Assembly (NCBI GenBank): GCA_030149205.1
Contig: JASBSB010000008.1
Span: 30,001-62,000 of the forward strand
Direction: 5' to 3'
Source of the DNA: Candidatus Heimdallarchaeota archaeon
GTDB taxonomy: Archaea > Asgardarchaeota > Heimdallarchaeia > Heimdallarchaeales > Kariarchaeaceae
DNA length: 32,000 nt
This document shows, in pieces, positions 1 to 9,991 of this stretch. A program made the position numbers and the translations under genes. Below the pieces are notes generated by a model. That model ran no database searches. It was not told the origin of the DNA and was given only the letters and a program-made list of their open reading frames with translations. Within the stretch, counting starts at the first letter, position 1, and every line of letters begins with the position of its first letter.

Positions 1-73
1 TTCAATTTGGAAGAGATGTCCACTTACCCGCTGGCTATTTACTTGAAAAATCTGTTAAATCTTAAATTTCAGA

Positions 74-1045
74 TTAATTTTTGCTCTCTTGTAAGCTTAA
101 ATTCAATTTCACAAACAAGAGAGGTAACAAGTAACCCACAGTTAATGCAAAAATGAGATATCTCAAATATCTTAATAAAAATCCTAAAATTGATAGATCT
201 GGGGCAATTAGAAGAAAAATTGGTTTTAGCCCCTCTAATATTATATAAGCTACAGGAATACCAATTAAGACTTTTATAACTTGATTTCTTATTCCTGTTT
301 TTGGAATAAAATTAATTGAAGACCTTTCTAGCATCAAAGCTGGAATTAGTCCTGAGATCAAACCCATATAAGTTGCAATATCTTCATACTTGAGTTTTGG
401 ACCAAGAATAACCGCTACTCCCGCTACCACTAGAAGTGGAACTAATACCGAACCATACAGTATTAATCTTCTATCAATTGAGATTTTGATGTTATTCAAT
501 TTGTTTTCATATTTTAAGAACACAACAGCGGTTAATATTCCAATAATCCAACCTAAAATAACATCCTCGAGGTAATGTACACCTAAATAAGGTCTTGAAA
601 TGCCTATGAGCAACACCATTAGAACACTGAACACCTTAACCCACCTATTTTGAAATTTAGCGAAAATGTAAGTATAGAATGTTCCTGAAAGCTGGGCATG
701 ACCTGATGGTGTACTATACTGAGTTGCGAGTTTAGCCTTGGCTGCTGTACCAGGGACACCCCATTTCTCTTGGTAGGTATTGTTTGATACATAGGGTCTG
801 GGATTTGCAATGAGGTCCTTCAATACTATGTTTAGAACTGCACCAATGAAAAGTAAGAGAATAGTTTTGTAAGCCAGTTTCTTATCAATACACCAATAGA
901 TAATCAAAACCAATGCAAAATATCCTACGATTGATCCTATTGTTGTCATTGAAATAAAAAAATTTGTTATGGGTTGGGTTCCAGAGGAGTGTCTGAAGTT
1001 ATAGAAGAATTGTAATATTTCTGTTGAAAAGGGTAAGACGACCAT
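74..1045 (-). CDS. PAP2-family membrane phosphatase
   Basis: PAP2 motifs KDLIANPRP, PSGHAQ and SRPYLGVHYLEDV plus several TM helices. The start codon is uncertain. Confidence 0.9.
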   Translation of the reverse strand: MVVLPFSTEILQFFYNFRHSSGTQPITNFFISMTTIGSIVGYFALVLIIYWCIDKKLAYKTILLLFIGAVLNIVLKDLIANPRPYVSNNTYQEKWGVPGTAAKAKLATQYSTPSGHAQLSGTFYTYIFAKFQNRWVKVFSVLMVLLIGISRPYLGVHYLEDVILGWIIGILTAVVFLKYENKLNNIKISIDRRLILYGSVLVPLLVVAGVAVILGPKLKYEDIATYMGLISGLIPALMLERSSINFIPKTGIRNQVIKVLIGIPVAYIILEGLKPIFLLIAPDLSILGFLLRYLRYLIFALTVGYLLPLLFVKLNLSLQESKN

Positions 1046-1285
1046 AAATTCTCTAATGAATTTTAATAAAATAAAGGTTTTGTAGCAAATTCTCCAGAAG
1101 TATCAGTTAAATGGGAATATTACTTAAAATAATTTATCCAAGTATGACGGTGAAAATAACAAAAACTTGAAAAGAATAAAATTAATATTTTCTGAATTAA
1201 TTAAAAATAAAATTATAAATTAGTTACTTCCTTGATCAATTATTGATTATTGTTGATTTTCGATAATGCATGGAATTTCGTTATT

Positions 1286-2035
1286 TCAATTTAAGGAGAT
1301 ATCAGTACAGATAACTGATTCTGGTACAATTGAGACATCCTTAAAAGATGAGATCGATTTGTCAAACCCTTTTTCTAAAAACAATTCAATTGTTGTTTTT
1401 CCAGTTAGTACAGGAATGAACCTGATATCAGCGCTGGTGCAAGAATATGCATCAAAGATGCTATCACCAAAACCCACAACATGATCTCTGTCTGTTTCAC
1501 TCTTTTCTAATCCTTTCAAGAAGGGTTCTGGATCTGGCTTTCCTCGTGAAATCTCATCCCCGCTCACAATTTCATCGATGTACTGAAGCAATCCAGCTTT
1601 TCTTAACAGTGTGAAAACAAGATCTTTGTAGGTGGAACTAATTACCACAGTTTTTACATTGTTATTTTTACAATCCATAAGGAATTTGGTTACACCTTGG
1701 TAAGGTTTAACATGTAGAAGCAACCCCTCAAGATACTCTTCTTTCTCATTTGCAGCTTTATAAACCTCCTCAGGTGTAAGATTTTGAAGAAAAGATTGAA
1801 TGATATCATTAGGTGTCCTACCCATTAAATGTTCCAAATCTGATGATTTCACATCTTTCCCTAGTCTCTTTAATATCCACTGAAACGATTCAATATGTAA
1901 ATCTAATGTGTCAATTAAGGTTCCATCTAAATCCATTAGCACAGCTTGAACATCAGAAAAACACAAATTGTGTTTAGTAAGTAGTATATTTGGAATACTA
2001 AGAAATTGTATCTTCGAATATTTAACACTAAACAA
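1286..2035 (-). CDS. HAD-superfamily phosphatase (beta-phosphoglucomutase/phosphoglycolate phosphatase-like)
   Basis: Motif I DLDGTLIDT, KPDPEP and GDSIFD. The true start is probably downstream of 2035. Confidence 0.9.
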   Translation of the reverse strand: MFSVKYSKIQFLSIPNILLTKHNLCFSDVQAVLMDLDGTLIDTLDLHIESFQWILKRLGKDVKSSDLEHLMGRTPNDIIQSFLQNLTPEEVYKAANEKEEYLEGLLLHVKPYQGVTKFLMDCKNNNVKTVVISSTYKDLVFTLLRKAGLLQYIDEIVSGDEISRGKPDPEPFLKGLEKSETDRDHVVGFGDSIFDAYSCTSADIRFIPVLTGKTTIELFLEKGFDKSISSFKDVSIVPESVICTDISLN

Positions 2036-2102
2036 TTAAAAGTAAATTAGATAAATTTATTCATGATTAATTGATAACTAAATAGGTCTCATTTTAAAGA
2101 AT

Positions 2103-3014
2103 TCAAATTTTTGATTTTCTTAATCTAACGATAATGGGGGCAGCTAACGCTAACACACCTAAACTAATCATTGTTACAACATTGATACCCAAAAATCCTG
2201 CGTTGGTAATGTTTGGAACAATAACTTGGGTCCTAACAAAGCTAGCCCATGCACCAAATGGAGTTAGTTTATATGATTTTGTTGCGCTCACATATGTGTT
2301 GCTAATACTATTAAGGGAAAAGTCAAGCCGCTGAAATCCTCCATCGGTTTTGTTATAAGCAACATTAACACCTGCTTGAACCTTTGTAAGATTAAGACCA
2401 GTAAAAGCAGCAAAGGTTGGATTTGAAGTAGTTAAATTCAAACTTCCAAGATTAAATTTATCAAGATTAACATTCGCAGATAGCACGAACATTGTGTTGT
2501 TGTTTGTAGAGCTTATACTAAGGGAAGGGATTGCAATTGATGTGTTCACACTGTTTGTCAGGAATTGTGTAAGTAGACCACCCAACAGATTGCTGATAGA
2601 TTGAAGATAAGCAAAATAATCAGAATGTGATGGAACAGATTTGGGGAGTAGAAGAGGAAGACTTCCATTTGGACCTACAATGCTCTGTCCTGCCAGACTC
2701 ATTGTTGACATCTTGTAGGTCTGATTAGTTGCGGTTAATACTGTCCCATTAGTTGCAATTGAGCTATAGCTAACTGTATTATCAGTAACGTTTGTAAATA
2801 TGACGACAGTGGTTCGATTACTATCAGGGAGAACAGATGCTAAATTAGTTGAGTTTCCAGTTAAAGTGGTTCCTATATCATCAATCCAGTATTTATAGAC
2901 AGTCCCAATTTTGGTGTTCCATACATACCCTGTGGATTGACCAGCTGCGTAATTCATTGACAAGATCATGAAAACCACAAACATAGCTACTCCAAATTTA
3001 CGATAAAATTTCAT
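2103..3014 (-). CDS. Exported, C-terminally membrane-anchored surface (glyco)protein of unknown function
   Basis: N-terminal signal peptide, S/T/N-rich body with about 12 N-x-S/T sequons, C-terminal TM helix followed by RLRKSKI. Confidence 0.75.
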   Translation of the reverse strand: MKFYRKFGVAMFVVFMILSMNYAAGQSTGYVWNTKIGTVYKYWIDDIGTTLTGNSTNLASVLPDSNRTTVVIFTNVTDNTVSYSSIATNGTVLTATNQTYKMSTMSLAGQSIVGPNGSLPLLLPKSVPSHSDYFAYLQSISNLLGGLLTQFLTNSVNTSIAIPSLSISSTNNNTMFVLSANVNLDKFNLGSLNLTTSNPTFAAFTGLNLTKVQAGVNVAYNKTDGGFQRLDFSLNSISNTYVSATKSYKLTPFGAWASFVRTQVIVPNITNAGFLGINVVTMISLGVLALAAPIIVRLRKSKI

Positions 3015-3151
3015 ACCTTAATTTCTATAATTAAGTATATTAACCTATACTTTCAGTAACTAAGGAACAGGTATTCTATCTTTGGAGTTAGTGTGTAAGT
3101 AGAATTTTCTTAAGTTTAGTATTGCCTTATAACTGAATTTTAACCAGAACT

Positions 3152-3574
3152 TCATTGCAAAATTGATTTGAAGTCAGAAGATAATTTTTCATGTATCGAT
3201 TGTAGCTCTTCTTTAGAAGGAGTCCTTATATTCTTGGGATGTAACTCTCCACCATGATTAATCGGGACTAAATGGATATGAACGTGATTGACAGCAAAAC
3301 CTTCAACCACCATACCGACTCTTTTTGACTTCATACTTGATCTTAACTTCAGCCCCAATGATTTTGCAGTGTCCATAATCTTGTTGTACTCATTCACATT
3401 CATATCAAATAGATCACCATGATGTTCTTTTGGAATAAGTAGACTGTGACCAGTCTGTACTGGGTTGATATCAAGAAAGAGAAGGTACTTATCGTTCTCC
3501 CAAATCTTAAAAGAAGGAATTTCCCCCTCAACTATCTTGCAAAATACACAATCAGTCATAATTAAGGTTCTCAA
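3152..3574 (-). CDS. HIT-family nucleotide hydrolase
   Basis: DCVFCKI N-terminus, FLDINP, GHSLLIPK and the HVHIH histidine triad. Confidence 0.95.
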   Translation of the reverse strand: MRTLIMTDCVFCKIVEGEIPSFKIWENDKYLLFLDINPVQTGHSLLIPKEHHGDLFDMNVNEYNKIMDTAKSLGLKLRSSMKSKRVGMVVEGFAVNHVHIHLVPINHGGELHPKNIRTPSKEELQSIHEKLSSDFKSILQ

Positions 3575-3859
3575 GGGTCATTTTTAATGTGTTTGGAACT
3601 ACCTTGAATATTTAGCCATCATTCAGAAGGCATTAATCCATTTATCCTCAATAGAACTTGCTATGGTCATGAATTGTGTTCCCATTACAAGGTATTAATC
3701 TATTTTTTCAATCAGATCGCTTCAGAGAGTAGATGAACTTAGAGGGGCATTTGATTTAAGATTAATAATTCACAATTCTAAGGTATATACTTTGTTTTAT
3801 GATGGAGATAATCATACAATCATAAAAGGATTTAATTGTAAAAAATAATATTCAAATTA

Positions 3860-4480
3860 TTGAGAGATGCAATAGCTCTTTACCTAGAATATGAATCCAA
3901 GATGCAAAGAGAGAATCTTTTTGAATTGCTGTCCAAGGAATACACTATCTATTCAGCTTTGTACCCAGGGTCATATATTCATATTTCACCTTCTTTTTAT
4001 TTCCCTGAGGTTGTTTATATTGACTTAGACAACAAATCAGCAAAGTTTTTTGCCGATCCAAGTTTCCTTGACTTAATTCTTGATAAAAAAACATATGTTG
4101 ACCGTCCAATAATTCGTTTTCATCATTCAGACTATACTAAGACCCTACCAGAACAAATGGGATACTTTGACCTCTTAATTTCACAGTATGCAGGGTTTGT
4201 CTCTCAACCGTGTAAACCCTATCTTAGGATTGGAGGGATTCTTGTGGCAAATAATTCCCATGGGGATGCTGGTGTTGCATATTTGGATCCTGACTACAAA
4301 TTGATTGGAGTTATAATTAAACGCCCTAAAGGGTTTGTCCACTCAACCAGTAACTTAGAGGAATATTTTATCCCAAAAAAGAAATTTGCTAACTTGACTA
4401 AGAAGTATTTACAATCCATTAATCGGGGGTTAGGGTACAAAAAGACTGCAACTCATTATATCTTTCAAAGGGAAAGTTAG
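3860..4480 (+). CDS. Conserved hypothetical protein, possibly class I SAM-dependent methyltransferase fold
   Basis: LYPGS motif-I-like segment, IDLD acidic strand end, FDLLIS and YLRIGGIL segments resemble Rossmann methyltransferases. Confidence 0.45.
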   Translation: MRDAIALYLEYESKMQRENLFELLSKEYTIYSALYPGSYIHISPSFYFPEVVYIDLDNKSAKFFADPSFLDLILDKKTYVDRPIIRFHHSDYTKTLPEQMGYFDLLISQYAGFVSQPCKPYLRIGGILVANNSHGDAGVAYLDPDYKLIGVIIKRPKGFVHSTSNLEEYFIPKKKFANLTKKYLQSINRGLGYKKTATHYIFQRES

Positions 4481-4785
4481 ACATCATTTGTGATCTCCTC
4501 AGTCCGTAAGGTCACATAATGCTGATTAATATTAATCCTTATGATATATTATTAACAGCTTTTCTTAATTCACTAGATACCATTTATCCTCATATGACAA
4601 TGTTTTGTTAAAATCTCTGTTTAAAGTATGACTTTAGTCCTTTTTAATTTTCGTCGATGCATTCTAGGTTTACCCGAAGCAACTAAATTCGGAATTTTAT
4701 CTGTTTGAAGTTGTTTCTTAATAATCCGACAGGCAATCTAGGGAAATTATTTATCAAGACTTCAATTTTTGTTATGACAATAAGT

Positions 4786-5304
4786 TTATATTTCAGACAT
4801 CCAATTTTTAAGCTTTAGATCAACTGATTCCCCCTGTTGATCTAGAGAGACTAATTCCAGGTCACATTCTCGAAATTCAATAGATTTCGATTTTGAAGAT
4901 TTAAACCATAATTCTATGGCTTTTCTATCACTAGGTACCAATTTTTTTGGCAGATTTTCAAAGGTGAACCATCGTAGTTCACCTTCAGTCGATGATTCAA
5001 CCAGATTATTATCAACGGTAGATGAAAAAAAGTTTACTAAAAAATGATCGTGGCGAGTATTATTCAGGCTGACCACCTCATTTACAATTAAAAACAAATT
5101 TAAATTCTTTAACTCAAGAATCCCAGTCTCCTCTTTAGTTTCCCTTATTATTGCCTCTGATAAGCGCTCTCCAAATTCTACCTTACCCCCAGGGAGAGCC
5201 CATTGATTTTTGTATGGCCCGTTTGTTCTTTTCAAAAGTAAAACAAAGGTCTCATTCAATTGATGGTATTCAATTAAATTTACAACTATATTAACTATCT
5301 TCAT
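4786..5304 (-). CDS. Nudix hydrolase (MutT-like)
   Basis: Nudix box [26 protein letters not shown] at 5304 (MKIVNIVV) preferred; it overlaps the upstream ORF by 14 nt. Confidence 0.9.
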   Translation of the reverse strand: MKIVNIVVNLIEYHQLNETFVLLLKRTNGPYKNQWALPGGKVEFGERLSEAIIRETKEETGILELKNLNLFLIVNEVVSLNNTRHDHFLVNFFSSTVDNNLVESSTEGELRWFTFENLPKKLVPSDRKAIELWFKSSKSKSIEFRECDLELVSLDQQGESVDLKLKNWMSEI

Positions 5305-5689
5305 TATACCCAACAATCCACTTTTGGTAGAGTTCAAAGGGAATATCCTCTTTCAACAGAACCTCTAAGTCCTCTTTAAATATCTCTAAATTTTCCTCTA
5401 ACTCATCTAATGGTATCTGATCCTCTGGGATTTCCATTAATTTCATAATGTCATCTCCATCAATGTGAAAAATTGGATCAATTATTTTCGTTTTTTGTAG
5501 AATCCTGTCAATTAGATCTACAAAATATTGATCTTCTAATTTTACCCAAAAGCTGTCATCCTCACAATAGATGTTGTATACCTTGTTTTTGTTCTTTTTT
5601 CGTGTTTTGTAGATGTAATTCACGGTTTCTAAAATGAATCTGTTGTACTTTATTTCTAAATTATCCACAGTTAAAGTAGATTTTTTCAA
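5291..5689 (-). CDS. Hypothetical acidic soluble protein
   Basis: 132-aa ORF overlapping the Nudix start. No motif recognised. Confidence 0.6.
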   Translation of the reverse strand: MKKSTLTVDNLEIKYNRFILETVNYIYKTRKKNKNKVYNIYCEDDSFWVKLEDQYFVDLIDRILQKTKIIDPIFHIDGDDIMKLMEIPEDQIPLDELEENLEIFKEDLEVLLKEDIPFELYQKWIVGYNEDS

Positions 5690-5821
5690 ATTTATTATAT
5701 TTGTTTGATTCAGTAATGAATTGATTAATAATGGTTAATCAAATCCAAAACTTTGAATTAAAATAATTTTTATAAATAAATTCCATAGGGATTTAGCAAC
5801 AAGAAAGCTCCTAAACCGCTA

Positions 5822-7153
5822 CTAGTTTATTCCTCGATTTTGAATAATTCTCAATCGTCGTCGCTTAGTCAATCTGGAAATAAATAACATCAGATGACCA
5901 ATTGTCCAGATGTAAATAAGTAATAGGAGGAAATACCCAATATTTCTTACAATAAATATATCAGCCAGAAAGAAAACAAACTCAAAAACATATCCTAAAG
6001 AAACAAATGCCACGTAAATAAAAACAACAATGCCTAGGATGGTAAAATATAGCAAAGCACCTAAAACCATTATATAGGTAAAGCGCTGTGCTATTGGTAA
6101 AGAAGAATTGAATATCCCCAGTTTGCGTAACTCTACCTCCAGACTTCCCATTAATTTTTCAATGACTCCTCTATTCGATGTGCTTTCGGGTACAGGGTTG
6201 TTTATTGATTTCTCTAATTGTTTCCAACCTGTTTTTCCTTTATATTTTAACAAAAAATTTATGATAAGATATAATTCAATCACTAAAAAAAACCAAAGGA
6301 TGTTTTTAAATCCGTTGTTAATAATGTTTGAGTACAAGAGGGTTGAAACTGGGGTTATTGGCTGTACTACCTCTACTGCCCCGACAATAAAATAGCACCC
6401 AAGTAACACAATTGGGTTCAGCAAATATTTTCGATCACCTTTTAAATTTGCTCTGAAAAAGATTTCTAAAACAAAACTCAAAAATAATGTGAAGGATAAT
6501 GGTGTGGCAAATTCTAAAAGATTCACGAGAATTGATTTTGCGGTATCAAACTGTGGAGGATAAAATATTATTGCTGCTAACTGAATTAATAATAACAATC
6601 CATAAAATATTCTAAGTTCAAATCGCAATACTGGAATTTTTGGGTCCGGAATTTTTGGGTCCTGAGGGGTTTTACTTACAATTTCAACTGGTTTGACAAC
6701 AGTCCTCTTTGGCTGTTTCTTCTCCAGCTCATATTTGTAAAGACCGTACACTTTGTTCAATAAATTAATTATATAAAATTGGAAAATTATGAAACCTAAA
6801 ATAAAATAACCTTGTACAAATCTTGCATACATAAAATAAGCTATGAAGAAAATTGGATAAATTGGAAAAAACAAAACTAAAATTCCAACAAATAAATAGA
6901 GAGAAAAAAGAACCATTAGAAATAACAAAAAATTATGATTTTTTTCAGAATATTTTCTTACTAATATTTCTAAAAGAAGAGCTAGAATTAAAGATAAAAA
7001 TATTGGGGTGAGATTAAAGAGAATACTAAGCCATATCGATTGACCAGGGATAAATTGAGGCATATATATCCCAACACTAAGAATTTGGAAAAAGATTAAA
7101 ATTGAATAAAATAATCGGATTTGAGTGATAAATTCTAGGTCTTTCAGCTTCAA
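5822..7153 (-). CDS. Multi-pass membrane protein with internally duplicated TM module (tandem paralog 1)
   Basis: RLFYSILIFFQI...TPIFLSLILALLLEILVR recurs as RIFYGLLLLIQL...TPLSFTLFLSFVLEIFFR. Confidence 0.75.
   Translation of the reverse strand: MKLKDLEFITQIRLFYSILIFFQILSVGIYMPQFIPGQSIWLSILFNLTPIFLSLILALLLEILVRKYSEKNHNFLLFLMVLFSLYLFVGILVLFFPIYPIFFIAYFMYARFVQGYFILGFIIFQFYIINLLNKVYGLYKYELEKKQPKRTVVKPVEIVSKTPQDPKIPDPKIPVLRFELRIFYGLLLLIQLAAIIFYPPQFDTAKSILVNLLEFATPLSFTLFLSFVLEIFFRANLKGDRKYLLNPIVLLGCYFIVGAVEVVQPITPVSTLLYSNIINNGFKNILWFFLVIELYLIINFLLKYKGKTGWKQLEKSINNPVPESTSNRGVIEKLMGSLEVELRKLGIFNSSLPIAQRFTYIMVLGALLYFTILGIVVFIYVAFVSLGYVFEFVFFLADIFIVRNIGYFLLLLIYIWTIGHLMLFISRLTKRRRLRIIQNRGIN
6633..6662. 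repeat. Perfect 15-bp tandem duplication (ggaatttttgggtcc x2) encoding DPKIP-DPKIP
   Basis: Read directly at 6633-6647 and 6648-6662. Confidence 0.95.
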
Positions 7154-7250
7154 CTATACTAAAGCTTAGTTATAAAATATAAATATTTCTAATTTACAAG
7201 TGTTACAAAAACAAAATATTAGCTACATTAGTCATGAAAAATATACTACA

Positions 7251-8417
7251 TTAAATTTTTGAATGTTTGTAACCACAAACTGAACAAGAAAATGAATTTA
7301 ATTTCATGCCACAATTTTCACAAAAATTACGGGTTTGAATTTGATTCGTTTTATCTTTGCCTATTTGTATCCCTGATTTAGTTAGATCTAATGGGTTTTG
7401 GGGGTGAGATAGTAAATTACTTGAACCTCTTGGTAATTCTTCTGGATATGTAACATTTGAATCGAGATAAGTATCAATTTCGAACTCTAGGATCACTGTA
7501 ATCTTCATGGCTATGTAAACAAAATAACTAATTCCTAAAATCAGAGGTAAAAAATATACCATTGTTAGAGGTCCTGGATTAAATTGTAGAACATCTATGA
7601 GGTATCCAAATATAAACAAAAGGAACAAAACATTCATTACTTTAAAGAACTGGATTGCAAAATGGACACGTTTCTTTATACCATATACTATCAACTCTAT
7701 AAACGGAACATACAACACAATGATAATTAAAAGTATCATTTCAAAAGAGATACTCTGTCCGGTTCCACCCAATGCTGCAGCGAATGCAAAGGCTAACGCC
7801 AAGAGAAGTAAAATAAAGGCTAAAATAAGGTAATAGCTGATTCGAAAAAATAAAATTGGATATCTTATTGTCCTTTCATAGACCCCGGGAAGAACTTGAA
7901 TTGTTCCACCCGTATTTCTAAACATGCCTAAAAATCTATACAAGGAATAGGAGTAGTTTGAAAGTGATGCTTCGGTTTTTGTCATATTTGATGAAGCAGG
8001 AATTTGGTTGGGTTTTACTAATATGAGTAGGATCGTAAAAATGAACATTGCACCTAAAATAAGTGGAAATACAAATCTGTTGTTTGAGATAACCTGAGAA
8101 TAGATAAGGATTTTGAAGATTGTATTGGGATTAATAAATGACCATAACCCTACCAAATCATAACACAAAAGCACTGTTATGATGACATTATACCAATTAA
8201 TTTTATTTGTCAAAATATTTCTCACTGAAATTTCAAGTAATATTGCTACCAATAATGAAATTAAAAGCGGTATAAAGGTTAACATAACATTTGTTGTACT
8301 TAAAAATCTTGAGGAGATGTCTCTTATAAGGCTATTAGTCCCAATTAAATTAAAAGCTATATTAATAATGTATAATACACGGATATAAGCCGCTATTTGC
8401 TGAGTTTTGGTAAACAT
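7251..8417 (-). CDS. Multi-pass membrane protein with C-terminal zinc ribbon (tandem paralog 2)
   Basis: YIRVLYIINI...PLLISLLVAILLEI module and terminal CENC-x8-CSVC. Confidence 0.75.
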   Translation of the reverse strand: MFTKTQQIAAYIRVLYIINIAFNLIGTNSLIRDISSRFLSTTNVMLTFIPLLISLLVAILLEISVRNILTNKINWYNVIITVLLCYDLVGLWSFINPNTIFKILIYSQVISNNRFVFPLILGAMFIFTILLILVKPNQIPASSNMTKTEASLSNYSYSLYRFLGMFRNTGGTIQVLPGVYERTIRYPILFFRISYYLILAFILLLLALAFAFAAALGGTGQSISFEMILLIIIVLYVPFIELIVYGIKKRVHFAIQFFKVMNVLFLLFIFGYLIDVLQFNPGPLTMVYFLPLILGISYFVYIAMKITVILEFEIDTYLDSNVTYPEELPRGSSNLLSHPQNPLDLTKSGIQIGKDKTNQIQTRNFCENCGMKLNSFSCSVCGYKHSKI

Positions 8418-8810
8418 CAGGCTGAAATTACTTACTATTTTATAAACTTAACCTAATTCAAATATTTAAAAATTATATTGAATTAGAAGTTTTTTACATA
8501 AACAATTTTATCAATATTCATTCTTCGAAACCTCTGGATGTGTGAAGATGATTGATTTGATTCAATATGAACTCTTTGGATGAATTTTATCTTTAAATAA
8601 AAAGGGGTAATTTATTCCTAAAAAGCTTGAAATGAAATTTATTTTTTGGAGAAGCAAATAAGAGAGATGATAGATTAAGCTGGGAAATTACACTCATAAT
8701 ATTACAATCAGAGGTTAAGGGTAATTCCTAATTTTATTCCAACGAATCCCTGCTCTGTTCTAAAGAACTTTATTTTACCTTTAAATGTATTCAAAAAATA
8801 AGTACAAAAT

Positions 8811-9917
8811 TTAATTGAAATTAGATTGATAGTATTCAGTTGTTGATCTAAGATTGTGTTGACCCGGTATTTCTTCTAATTTTAATATTTTAGTAAAGGT
8901 TATTGTCTTATAAAGCACAACTAAAGGGAGTATCGATGTTAGAACTAAATTAATAATTCCTGAAATCAACCCATTCTGATCATACTGGATGTACCACCAT
9001 CTTGTATTCGTTATAAATTGACTTAGAAGAAAGAGAAATATTGAGCCACTAAGCAATTTAAGAAATTGAATAGTCAAATGCTTTTTATGTTTAACTCCAA
9101 AAATCAAAATCTCAATTGTTGCTATTCCAAGTAAAACAAATGGAACCCAAGCCAAGGTCATAACGATTATTATTATTATCATCACATAAATTATAGGGTC
9201 AAAATTTGAATAGATATAATTGAAAATTACATTGCCTCTCCAGTCCATATGGCCAGCCAGAATTAGCAATGCTAAAAAGTAAGCTCCACTTAAAAAAACC
9301 AAGGCTATATACGCAAATAATCTAAAAAGCAATATAAAGTTGACAATAGAATCATTATAGCTAAGATTTGATGAAATTGAATTATTAGAGAGTGTTCTCG
9401 TAAGTCTTTTGGCTACGCTGACTAAATTAGTAAGCCTACCCTTCAAACGTGTAGTTGAAATCATTGAGAGCGATACACTATTGTTTATTAAAAAATAGAA
9501 ATATAGAACTCTAGCATTGAAAAGGAAGAAAAGAATTTGCAGAAAAATACAAAATTGCTTATTTATAAGAATTATATAGGGTATGGTTAGTGTAGCCAAA
9601 TAATTCAGCCAAATTGGATGGAAAGAAAAGAAATAGATCAAACCAATTATATTTATTGATATTAAGACAACTTCGATGAACAACATCAAAAAGGTGAATC
9701 CTCTAATAACCAATTGAATCATCAGTTCTAAGAACACAGCAAGAAATATTGAAAACAGAAATGGGTATAGAGCATTGTCCCAAGGAAAGGTCAATTTAAA
9801 ATTTGAGTGAAAAAACCAACTATAAATTGGAGTACTCATGTGAGCCAAGATGTTAAGAATATAAATTGCCCTCACGTAACCAATAATCTGTTCTAACTCT
9901 TGAAACATCTCATACAA
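8811..9917 (-). CDS. Multi-pass membrane protein (tandem paralog 3)
   Basis: YVRAIYILNI...PFLFSIFLAVFLEL and IEILIFGVKHKKHLTIQFLK align with paralog 2 (IELIVYGIKKRVHFAIQFFK). Confidence 0.75.
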   Translation of the reverse strand: MYEMFQELEQIIGYVRAIYILNILAHMSTPIYSWFFHSNFKLTFPWDNALYPFLFSIFLAVFLELMIQLVIRGFTFLMLFIEVVLISINIIGLIYFFSFHPIWLNYLATLTIPYIILINKQFCIFLQILFFLFNARVLYFYFLINNSVSLSMISTTRLKGRLTNLVSVAKRLTRTLSNNSISSNLSYNDSIVNFILLFRLFAYIALVFLSGAYFLALLILAGHMDWRGNVIFNYIYSNFDPIIYVMIIIIIVMTLAWVPFVLLGIATIEILIFGVKHKKHLTIQFLKLLSGSIFLFLLSQFITNTRWWYIQYDQNGLISGIINLVLTSILPLVVLYKTITFTKILKLEEIPGQHNLRSTTEYYQSNFN

Positions 9918-9991
9918 TTTATTTTCAGAAGTTAATAAATATTTCCAATTCCATTAAACATATCTCAGAAAACTGAGGTTAATGAAAGTTT

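Noticed and set aside
3783-3790. GTATATAC palindrome as an extra MarR site
   Set aside because: A single 8-bp AT-rich match, expected by chance, with no phased repeats.
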